Shown piece by piece: positions 51,951 through 64,000 of a DNA stretch of 64,000 nucleotides. The notes under the pieces are model-generated. The model worked only from the letters and a program-made list of their open reading frames with translations, was not told the origin of the DNA and searched no databases. The position numbers and the translations under genes were made by a program. The DNA is from Octopus vulgaris (Eukaryota). Positions within the stretch are counted from its first letter, which is position 1. The number at the start of each line of letters is the position of its first letter. The DNA is taken from positions 3,410,001 through 3,474,000 of the forward strand of contig OX597817.1 in the NCBI GenBank assembly GCA_951406725.2, given 5' to 3'.

Positions 51951-53394
51951 TAGCATGGGTTTCAGTATGGGTTTCTCCACGGGTATATACATGATGCCTA
52001 ATATCACCCGAATTCTCTGATAAAATTAACTATTTTCTCCATTTGATATTCGAGGTATATTTTCTTGAGAGGAATAAGAATATTCAGTACTTTCAACCAT
52101 GAATGGGAATATTCGTGGTTCAACGTATTGTTCTTAATGATATAAATAAGCATACACATATAAACGCAACTACACATCCATAATAACGGAAGTCAGATGA
52201 ATGTCGAATATCACTATTGCCTAGCCTTGGCCAAAACAGCTCGCTACTTGTTTTGCATACGTCTATGTCTAGTTTGAGTGAAACTGGGAAATTATGTGCT
52301 GATGACGGTCATTGAGGTAACTTCATGTTTACACAGCTTCCCGCTTTTCTCCAGATTGACTCTTCCTTACTGACATTTTAATCTAGAAGATTAACCCCCG
52401 TTTTCACTCGGAGTCGATTGCAATTGCAACTAGTTTGTTTAGCTTCTTTCGTAATGATGATACTTTCAACTAAATCAAGAAATTATCCTATTGGCATTTG
52501 ATATACTTTTCATCGTTTTTTTGGTCAAATTCATTCAAATGGCTATTCTGAGTTATTTCTCCGAGCTTACTTTTGTTTTATATTCGCACGCACAAATCTA
52601 TGGACATATTCCATCCATAATTAGTGTTTTCTTCAACACTGGGTAGGTTTCGTTAGCCGCTGTTATCGTACTGAACAACAGATCATGTCGTTATATTTTG
52701 GAGACTGCTACATACTGAAACAGGTCAGCAATCACTCAACTACATTGATGCTAACAAAAGAGACACTCAACATGAAATTGTGGACCTACTAGAGCCAAGG
52801 GAGCTCAGTGATTCGTAGCACGGCGGAGTGAAACACATTTCGGTTGCGACCTACATTAATTCTCCTTACTGTGTGTTCTGGTTTCAAATGTGTTGTGATG
52901 TTACAGTATATCACTTTTCACCATTGATGTCACGATCTTACATTACGGAAAGGGTAGGGTTGATGAGTTTAAGCATTTGTATTTTATGTTTTGTTTGTTC
53001 GTTAAGCAATGGACTCTGTTGAAAATGATCATCGCCTCTTCTTTTTTTCTTTTGCAGTTAATGACTGCCAATTATGGGTGATTATTGTGTCATTTTCTAA
53101 TTATTCCTCCAAATTCTTTCCATTGTGTTATTATTCCATAATGTTATAGTTCCACTTCAGCCATGATTTGCACGATATAATACCCGATGCATTCAAGCCG
53201 TGACTGTCGTATATTTTTTAAAGCGATGCATATTCAAGGCTATTATCTCATTGAGCTTCCCATTCTTTTAAGACAGTAGGATAAGACTGAAGAGATATTT
53301 AGTTACTATTTCGAGCAGGGCTTCTAACAAAATAGAGTTTATTTCTCTCCCTCTCCTGTTTCTTTTCATAATGTTTAAAAGGTATGTGTATTGC

Positions 53395-53650
53395 AAACTG
53401 CATGGTATATGCTTGCTTCCTACCCACACGGTTCCTGGTTCAGTCCCACTGCGTGGTACCTCGGGCAAGTGTCTTCTACTATAGCCTCGAGCCGACCAAA
53501 GCCTTGTGAGTGGATTTGGTAGACGGAAACTGAAAGAAGCTCGTATGTATGTATGTATGTATGTATGTATGTATGTATGTATGTATGTATGTATGTGTGT
53601 GTTTGTGTGTCCCTCCCATCGCTTGACAACCGATGTTGGTGTGTTTGTCA
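53395..53650 (+). mobile_element. CORE-type SINE family C fragment
   Basis: ggttcagtcccactgcgtggtacctcgggcaagtgtcttctactatagcc. Confidence 0.85.
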
Positions 53651-54325
53651 ATGAACATAACTGCCCGATTTGAAGGAATGAAAGTCCACAAATAATGCAA
53701 GTGTATGAAATACCTCCACTGAAAGCGACTGTGTGGTGTGATTTTGGGGCAGGTGGAGTGCTTGGACCGTTCTTCTTTGAAAATGATGAGGGGAATTCAG
53801 TTACCATTAATGGAGAACGTTACCGAGACATGCTATCCACTCAGTTATGGCCGAACTTAGAAGATACAGAGATTGACAACCACTGGTTCCACCAGGATGA
53901 AGCGACCTGCCACACTTCGCGCCAAACACTTGCATTACTTACGAAGAATTTTCGCAACGAGGTGATATCCTTGCATGGTGACCAGCAATGGCCACTAAGG
54001 TCCTGCGATCTTAAACTCTTGTGATTTCTTCTTTTGGGGTATGTGAAATCACAGGTATACGCCAAGAAACCACGTACAATTCGTAAACTTAAGGCTGAAA
54101 TCAGGCTTGTGACTGGAGGCATTGGGCCACACATCTGTGAGAGAGTTATCGGAAATATCGAGGAGCGCATAAATGTATGCAGACTCAGTACAGGTGGACA
54201 TATGACTGACATTGCGTTCCATACCTAAACGGGATACATAACTCATTAGAAATATGCAAAATATAACCTTGTTTATAAGAATTCGTTTTAATTATTCACC
54301 TTTCAAATTCGGCGCCCTTTATGTA
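53650..54325 (+). mobile_element. Tc1/mariner DD41D (rosa-type) transposase 3' half, frameshifted
   Basis: VWCDFGAGGVLGPFFFENDEG...WFHQDEATCHT...WPLRSCDL; 41 residues between the second and third D after frame correction; GYVKSQVY. Confidence 0.85.
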
Positions 54326-54789
54326 GAAAACTAATCAGGTACATAGTACCAATTAAAAATGATGTTCTGTAGATTATTTATCGCAGAGAGGATAGCGAAT
54401 TATATCGTGTTAAGTAATTTTTTTGAAAACTAAGTGCCGAATAATTTCTGGACGTTGAAGGCTTAAAACACAATGCTTCGGTTTGATAGCTAACCTAGGC
54501 TCCCGCGGGGTTATAAACCGAAATTTCTTTCAGAGAGTAGGTCAAGAAATACGTAGAACACACACACACATGCAACTAAACAAAAACAAACAAAACAACA
54601 GAACCCAAATATGCATTTGCATATGTATATATGTATATATGCATGTATGTATATTCTGTTTTAGTTGAGTCTATCCCTAGCTGCTCTTGAGTTTCGTCTG
54701 TGCTCACCGGCTTATCAGGCACGTTACTACTTGCCTGGTGAGTCCATGATTATACAGGTACAATTCCAGACTCGACCAAAAATAAAGAT

Positions 54790-55003
54790 ATTGATTTCAA
54801 ATTTTCGCACAAGGCCAGTAACTTCGGGAAAATAGGAAAGTCGATTGCATGGAGCTCAGCTCTCAACTGGTACTTATTTTATAGATTCGAAAGGATGAAA
54901 GGCAAAATCGACCTCGGCAGATTTGAACTCAGAGCATAAAGACGGACAAAATGCACTTATGCATATTATCCGGCGTGCTAACAATTCTGCCATCTCGCCG
55001 CCA
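54790..55003 (-). mobile_element. SINE family A monomer (tail B), degenerate
   Basis: gaaaggatgaaaggcaaaatcgacctcggc...ggcgtgctaac. Confidence 0.75.
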
Positions 55004-55067
55004 CCACTAAATTGTAAAATATTAATCTGTTATGATATAGAGTTCTCTTTCTTCCAACAATCTACAT

Positions 55068-55420
<353 letters not shown>

Positions 55421-56368
55421 ATAAGTATACATGCATGCTTATAAGTATATACCTCGGAAGAAGCTGTAAGTTGTTATTTCACCTTTGGTCAATTTTGACC
55501 GAGTCGACCTATACTGAAAGTTGTTCCAGCTGTGGTCATTCTACCTTCTTGTCAAGCAGTGACTATAACATTTACTGCATCTTTCATTAAGACTGTAATG
55601 CTCTTTCTAATTGGACAAACGACTGCTCAGAGGCTTCCTCTTTGGCTCGTATAAGCATTAAGTCAATACGTATGCACGTATATGAGAAAGAGAGGAGATA
55701 GAAAGAGAGAGAAAGAAAGAGAGAGAAGTATATAGTAAGTTGCTTTTCATCAGACTGTACATCGTATTAAGAGTGATACTTCGAATCCAACATCCTGCCC
55801 ATGCTTGACACGTAGGAATTTGCAGCAGTGTTTAATTAGACAGATGTAGGATGTTCATTTACACACAAACCCACGTATCATATAATATAATATATTATTA
55901 ATTTATATCATATGCGTATGTGGATGATGTTCTAATATACGTTATACATGTCATAAAAAATACTGCAAGGAAGTCGTTGGTAATATTTGTTACCTTACAG
56001 CGAGTATGGGCAATATGCAACAACTCTCAGGTTGCATGCTCTGTCCCTTTATGAGTTTTTGGTATGGCACACGTAATGCCATGATTAAAGAAAAATAGAG
56101 CTTTACTAAAATTTTGTAATAGTAGCTTCAGGTGTGACTAATTTAATTTGAACAATTTCATTTCATTGTCCCTCTCATTTATTCAGGCTTTCTCTCGATC
56201 GATGTTTATTAGACTTCGGCGATCCCAAATTATCATCTAATAAATATGTATGACTTATGAGTTTCGCTAAAGGATTTTGCTATTGGAGTGGCACAATATC
56301 CATTAGGGCTCGCTCCTACAAAAAAAGGTTACACATGCTAGCCTTACGATAATATACTATTCCTGCAG

Positions 56369-56602
56369 GGCGGCGAGCTGGCAGAATCGTTAGCACGTTA
56401 AGCGAAATGCTTAGCGGTATTTCGTCTGCCGCTACGTTCTGAGTTCAAATTCCACCGAAGTCGACTTTGCCTTTCATCCTTTCGGGGTCGATTAAATAAG
56501 TACCAGTTACGCACTGGGGTCGATATAATCGACTTAATCCGTTTGTCTGTCCTTGTTTGTCCTTTCTGTGTTTAGCCCCTTGTGGGTAGTAAAGAAATAG
56601 GT
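56369..56602 (+). mobile_element. SINE family A monomer (tail A)
   Basis: ggcggcgagctggcagaatcgttagc...gagttcaaattcc...gtagtaaagaaatag. Confidence 0.9.
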
Positions 56603-57802
56603 AATATTCTATTCCGTATCTGTCTGTTGTGGATTTATTTTTCACGGTAAAAGATTTAAGTTTTAATCTTACTAGGTGGACGAAATAATTACCAGTAATA
56701 CTCGTGTACTGGTTTCATTACAGCAATTAGTCTCCCTTGTTATTAAAAAGAAAATAAATAGATAAAACCAGTGTACTAGGTAGTAGTTTAGTGTAACTGA
56801 CGAAGATAAGATAAACTATAGTGTTTTGTACATGGTTTCACAACTTTGAGTTCAAATCGACTACAGCTGGTCTTCCTTTTCTTTTTATCGCATTCCTTTG
56901 GTTTATACTAATAACAGCTACAGTATTTACTCAATTGTCTCTTGATCTATAATAGTTAAGCGAAAATAAACTTTATTGTGTAAATCAAGTTTGTTTTTCG
57001 TTTTTAATAATGTGTGCACAACTAATGATTACTTTAAAAATCCCAATAACTCACACAGAAAAATATATAACTTGTAAACGCAAATTTTGTTTTGAGTCTG
57101 CAGGCACATGGGGCCACACCCAAGTTTCTGAGTTGTCTGAGTGACCGAGAATTCCAAAATTCTCCCTAAACAGAACACCATTAGTAGCTGGATGAACCTC
57201 CAGCTGCTTCTACTGTCAATTTTCAGCTGAGATGACTGCAACAACATGAAATGGTGTACCTTGCTCAAAGGTATAATGCATTGCCCAATTCGAGGATCGA
57301 GTCCAAAAACCTAACCACTAGGCCGCACTGTTTCATTTGCTCGCATGAGACAAAATATTTAAAAACAAACAACAAATAACAAAAAAGGCACGACATTACA
57401 ACAGTAATCAAAGAAAGACAAAGAAACGGCATTAAGAGTGTAATCAGTTTTATCCTCATATCCGAACTTTACATTGCGATAGTTCAGAAACTGATTATAC
57501 CCCACAGAACTGAGCACCTCGAATTCCAACGTATAGTTTGATAAAGTGGGATAAATTATAGCACTAAGGAAAATACCTCATAGCATATCTAAAATCATGT
57601 GTCCAGTACCACAAACGAGACTAAAACTCTAACGGTGCACGATAACAAACTAGATGTGCAGACATGCAAAATAAACGCCTGTAACATGAAACCGATTGCT
57701 ATAACAGTTTTTATATACCACGAGCAAACTAACCAGCTATAACACTTCAACTGTAACAATTTTTCACCCTTCCAAATGCCACAATAAGGGAACACTTCAA
57801 TG

Positions 57803-58050
<248 letters not shown>

Positions 58051-59149
58051 GCACTTTGATGCAATGAGATCTCAAACTCTTTACATCATCCGAAGCAATC
58101 AGCACACAAGCACCTCACCAAGTTAAGTGCAACTCCTCTGCAGGTATCACCTTTTGTTCCATTCACCTAGTTACCGTAACCACTGGCAACCCCCCCCCCT
58201 TGTCTCCTCTGACCACCTAACCGTTATCATAACAACAGACTTACACCTCAATGAACAAAGTAAAAGCTGTTTTACAAACTTGGAAAAATCCTAGTGAAAC
58301 CAGTTTCACCAGGAAACGGAATCAGTTTTGTATAATTCAACAACATTACAATCACCAGCGTAGATATTACAATATATACATGCAACAAAATAATTATAGT
58401 CACATCCAAAGAACAGCTCCATAAAACAACATAAAAATTATAATCCCGATTTTTTACAGTAGAAATAACCAATCTCATAAAAACGAAGGACATCATCAAA
58501 TGCTATACAACGCCGCACAATAAAAGTAACACTCAACATCAAACAACTCAACAAGGAAATAACAAGGAATTCAATCCATAGAAAAAACAAAAACAGGAAA
58601 CTTGCAAGCGGTGTATCGAACACAAACCACAAAACTTACTGTAAAACACCATATAAAGTAATTAGCGTTATCAGTAACTTCCACACCACACCCTATGTCA
58701 AAAGAACAACCTCAAATAATGTAGCCATACTCCAACACCAAGCAGGTCCTTTTCAGACATTTTTCGAAAATCAACCACTAAAAATCATACAATTAAAGCA
58801 AGAACACAAAACGAAAAATACACACCTCCCACACATACAATGATATCGACAAACCAACAATGTCTAAGTGGTTACTCGATCAACTAGAATTAGCAGATAA
58901 ATTTCCTTCACTTCAACCTGCCATCTTAAATAAGCTGACACATTAGACTACATGAATTGTTGTGTTGTTGTGACCCCCTTCGGTTATGAATGACCATGGG
59001 ATTGCACCTAGAAAGTTACCCTCCGATGCACAAGTCTGGGCAAGGTTGGTTATGGAAGACCAGCAGTCGCCCATGCATACTGGCTTCCCCTCTCCACGCC
59101 ACCGATGTTATTCAAAGGAAAGCAAAGGCCGATACAGCTTGGCACAAGT

Positions 59150-59460
59150 AACATGCAAGTGGCTGAGCACTCCACAGACACGTGTATCCTTAACGTAGTT
59201 CTCGGGGAAATTCAGCGTGACACAGAGTGTGACAAGGCTGGCCCTTTGAAATACAGGTACAACAGAAACAGGAAGAAAGATTGAGAGAAAGTTGTGTTGA
59301 AAGAGTACGGCAGGGTTCACCCCCCCCCCCTGCCTGAGCCTCGTGGAGTTTTAGGTGTTTTCACTCAATAAACACTCACAATGCCCGGTCTGGGAATCGA
59401 AACCGCGATCCTACGACCGCGTGTCCGTTGCCCTAACCACTGGGCCATTGCACCTCCACT
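59150..59460 (-). mobile_element. SINE family B variant
   Basis: ccctaaccactgggccattgcacctcc head; aggaagaaagattgagagaaagttg body. Confidence 0.8.
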
Positions 59461-60287
59461 ACTACATTAGTTAAAGCAGTATAAAATACACGATGTCTTA
59501 GCTGGAATGTTTTTGATTCTAGGTCCAGTTTAATCAGGCTGGTCTGGAGTTAAACAACTATGATATTGGGCCCTTTCTTGCCCAGACACAACAACAGTGA
59601 AATCTGAAATCTCTGAAAAGTCAAGCCTCGAGAAAATTACAAACAAATACTTAAAGCTTTTAGGGCCTGAAAGAATCATTACATTCACCAACTATAATAA
59701 CTTGTGTTAATGATACATCAAAGGAGCCTCTGTCACAGTTACTTGACTTGATACAAATGATAGCCAAAAATGCCTCAAATCATACCTTATTGTTTTAGAA
59801 AAGGTCAAATTAAATACTCTTCCTTCACATAGAAAAAGAAGACGAGATGGTCACAGTTGGAATATCTTTGATCAAAGGTCTTTTTTATTAGGGATGACCT
59901 AGGACGACTAAAGAAAATAACAATAACAATGTCTTATAAAAAAGATCCCCTTCTGTCATGAATAACCATGGGATTGCGCCTAGAAAGAAGACATGCACCC
60001 AACACCAGAGCTGAAGACACCTCCGAAAGGGGGGACCCGCCACGTCAAAACGGTAGAGGAGTAGGGGCCGAAACCGGATGTGGTTCCTCCTGATGATGTT
60101 TTGAGCTAACTGGATCCTATAAAGGAGCTGTTGTAGGAGCAGACCACGAAACACGGTTGGAATTCCTAGCGTCTACCAAATCCATTGTCTCTTTCTTCCC
60201 AGCAACAGCACAGAACCTAGCATCACACTAAAAAAATATAAACATACTACTCACAAACTCACACACACAGTGTGTGTGTGTATGTGA

Positions 60288-60348
<61 letters not shown>

Positions 60349-60709
60349 AAACAAATAAAAGAATGCGAAACCTCTCCGAATGCGTAGAAGACACCAGACA
60401 AAACAGATCGTATTCAGAACATCCAGTTACTGCATTTAGCCGAAGAACCAACTGTAATCATGTAAAACAATACAGATACATCAAGAATTGTACCAACTCT
60501 GTCTTCGCACCGAACCTCCTTACAACGGAACGTTATCGAGTACAAAATATACGCAATAGCGTACTTGTACAGGTTGTACTCAAAGTCACAAAATGACCAC
60601 TTTGAAATGCGAAGAACGATTTATGCCGCAGCAAACTTCATAGCCCGTGTCACAACGTGATAAATCATCTCTAACATAAAAAAAGTTCTTTTTGATACAT
60701 ATATTATAG

Positions 60710-60885
60710 CTATTTCTTTACTAGCTACAAAGGGCTAAACACAGAGAGGACAAACAAGGACAGACAAACGGATTAAGTCGATTATATCGACCCCAGTGCG
60801 TAACTGGTACTTAATTTATCAATCCCGAAAGGATGAAAGGCAAAGTCGACCTCGGCGGAATTTGAACTCTGCCAGCTCACCACCT
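60710..60885 (-). mobile_element. SINE family A (tail A) with head deletion
   Basis: Tail A and body intact; tttttgatacata repeated on both flanks. Confidence 0.8.
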
Positions 60886-63545
60886 TTTTTGATACATACG
60901 TAATACCCCGGCATCTTGGACACCAACTCTGCACTTTGTAAAAAATATAAGCGTGAAAGCAACGAACTCAAAGCTGCCTAAATGCATCAATTATAATCTC
61001 GCTTAGCTCCAAACGTTGCGATAGGATGCATATAATCAAAAATAAGCCCGGAGAAAAACATTTCACAAGAATGTTTGGGCGAAGAAGGATCTCAACCTTC
61101 AAAAACTATTGTTTTGCCAACTTTGCTTTAAGCCAGTGAAGCATGAACTGTTTAGAGAAGGCATGGCAAAAAGCTCAATAGATCCCGCTCGAACTGCCTG
61201 CATAAAATGTTTTATATTCATTGACAGGCAAAGTCCCAGACACTGAGACCCTCAATCGTGCAGAGTTGCCTGTCTATGACAGATCACTGCTCTGTAAATG
61301 AAGAGTGCTGTGTTTCTCAATCAGCTAAAAATAGAACCATGTACCAATAATAGAACCTATTTGAAGATGCTTGACCTGCTAGAAATATCAGTAAAATCTC
61401 CCTCAATTTACACTGTGAAAAGGAAAGGGCACATAAAACAATGTAGTTATTTATATACAGAAATAATGATGGTAACAACTGAAGCGTCTTTGATCACAAA
61501 TCTGAACGCTGAGACTCAATCTGAAACTGAAAATTAAAAAAAAACCCAGAACGAACCAACTATTCTACGAATCTCTTTAAAGTATATAAAATGACGCCTT
61601 GAATGTTATTTCAGATTTTCTAGTTTTCTAATTCTTGTATTCTGACAGTTTGTTTTTGTTTTTATTTTCACTGAGAAGATTATTTATTATTTTTTTTTTT
61701 TCATTTAACGTGACTTTACAAAAAAAATTTCTGTATTAATCATTACTGATAGTTCTGGTTTCTTTTGGCTCGACATCTTTCTGAACACTATTCTGAATAA
61801 TACTATTATAAAATTCTTCCGAAAGCTAATCTGAATACCATTCTGAGTGTCATTATAGCTAATCTGATGAATCCATAAAAGTTTGTGGATGAAAAATAAA
61901 TCACAGTAATATTTTTTTTTCCTACGAACTTTTATGGATTGATTTTCCTCGACGCAGAACATCAATTTTTTCGGATCCTGAATCTTTAAATGCCCAGTAC
62001 CTTGCCTGTAAAATATTAACTTTCCATTTTGACACAAGGTTAAATATTTTGGAGGGAGAGTGTATCCACTTAAGGCGATATCAATACTTGACTGATATTT
62101 AATTTTATCGATTCCGGATTTAAACCCAGAACGTTACGGATCATAATTATCGTAAAGCATTCTGCAATCTACATTAAAATATTTACGTGTCGGATAGTTT
62201 GAGCGAACTGACCCTTCCATCTAGAGAAGAAAAAAGCAAAACGAGAAAATCTAAATAGTCGAAAGGTCTGTCTTGATCGTATGACCTCAAAAACTTTGTG
62301 AAGTCAAAACCATCACGACCGATTCCACACTACAGTGGAGAAGGCTAGCCACTGGATTTGGTTAAAAAGAGACGATGAGCGATGGCTAGAAGAATATTGA
62401 GCTTTATTTGATAACCAGTTGATCTAGCAAGCGGGGCCTCATATCAGTGCGCATTGATGCCGTCGAGAGGTAGGCCCCGAAACGGCGCGCATTCTCTCTT
62501 GATGACCCCATACATTTGCTGGCTTCCGGTATGCGGAGTTTTTGACTGGTAGCACTTGCATGTGCAAGTTGTTTGCAAGACATTTATTATAAGTACTCAC
62601 ATTCAGATACATTGTACGTGAATCAATATTCTCTTGTTGTTACTATTATTATAACTTTGACTACTGCTACAAATAATACCATTACTGCAACTCAACTAAC
62701 TGCTAACAATAGTAGTGAAATTTCCTCAGCAATATATGGAGCGGTAACAAATCGGACACCAATGGTACGCCTGCTCACTTAGGACTGAGCTGGCATTTAA
62801 CATCATCATCATCATCATCAACTACTACTACTACTACAGAAAAGTGTGAATCAAAATATTTACATAGTTTCTTTCTTTGTATCTATCTTTTTCTTCTCCT
62901 TTGGCAATTTTGATGACTTCTTCACTCAAAATGTTCCCTTATTGGTTGTTTTTGAGTTTAACCTATCATTTTTTCCTTTTCCTTCTATTCATTTTTGTCA
63001 TAAGGAAGCTCAACAAGGCGCAGGATGATATAAAGCTCAAAAACTACATAATTCCGGGTTCGATTCCATTGCACGGTACTTCCCAAATATCTTCCACTGT
63101 TTTCACGAGTCACCAATACCTTGTGAGTGGAATTTACCTGACAGAAACTACACGGAAGTTTGTCATATGTATGTGGTGAACGTGCGCATCCTAAGGGTTA
63201 AGGAGCTCGGCTCACGATCATAAATTCGTGGGTTTACTTTCAGAGCAAGGTACTTTATTTCTCATTACTCCTGCCAACTCAGCTGAAAATGAGTACCAGC
63301 TCCATACTCGTACAATTTCCTAGCCTAGTAATCACATCCTGATTGTCCCGCTGCTCGACGGCAGGTGGGGCGAGAGGATGTGTTTGTCTGCCCGTGACTA
63401 CGTAGGCACCTAAAACAGTTAACGAAAGCAAGTTACGTGCTACCGCGTCATACACGATTGCGAGAAATATTTACGTTTATACACACTATACACAAATGGA
63501 TGAGGCTGACAGATTCACGCAGCTATATACAAATATCCTTATCTA

Positions 63546-63588
<43 letters not shown>

Positions 63589-63765
63589 AAGAAGCATATC
63601 GATATTCTTCAAATGTCGTCCCGACACATATGGTGTGAAGGGCGTTTCCTTTTCTGGCTGGTTTGCAGAGCACACTGCCCGGCTTGAATATATGTATATC
63701 TGTCTGTGCTTGTACGTACGTAAACATGTGTGTGTGTGTTGTGTGTGTGTCTATATATACATACA

Positions 63766-63861
<96 letters not shown>

Positions 63862-63875
63862 GATGTGCTTGTACG

Positions 63876-63927
<52 letters not shown>

Positions 63928-64000
63928 CATACAAAATTTAAAGGACTGACCACTAAAAGTGGACGGTCAATATGCTAGATATGGACGTCAAAATCGCTAT

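Noticed and set aside
58070-58860. C/A-rich stretch that might be a decayed Penelope-like ORF
   Set aside because: No diagnostic RT or GIY-YIG motif could be read

Overview
AT-rich, microsatellite-dense eukaryotic non-coding DNA. The SINE, LINE and microsatellite landscape looks like an Octopus (coleoid cephalopod) genome; this is inferred from pattern recognition, not from a search. I found no convincing host protein-coding gene, and most ORFs in the track are microsatellite read-throughs. The window holds a decayed Ty3/gypsy (Mag-like) element, RTE, CR1 and R4-like LINE remnants, two Tc1/mariner remnants (one DD41D), two non-autonomous Helitrons, a MITE and three tRNA-derived SINE families. 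Four observations stand out. (1) A set of short elements in or next to (TA)n tracts carries minimal type-I hammerhead ribozyme motifs (Penelope-like pLTR remnants), and two of them are perfect fold-back palindromes centred on the ribozyme motif. (2) Concatemeric two-tailed SINEs have recurrent internal junctions and one flanking TSD. (3) SINE 3' tails match LINE 3' ends present in the same window. (4) A G:U-rich pre-miRNA-like hairpin lies at 17.7 kb.
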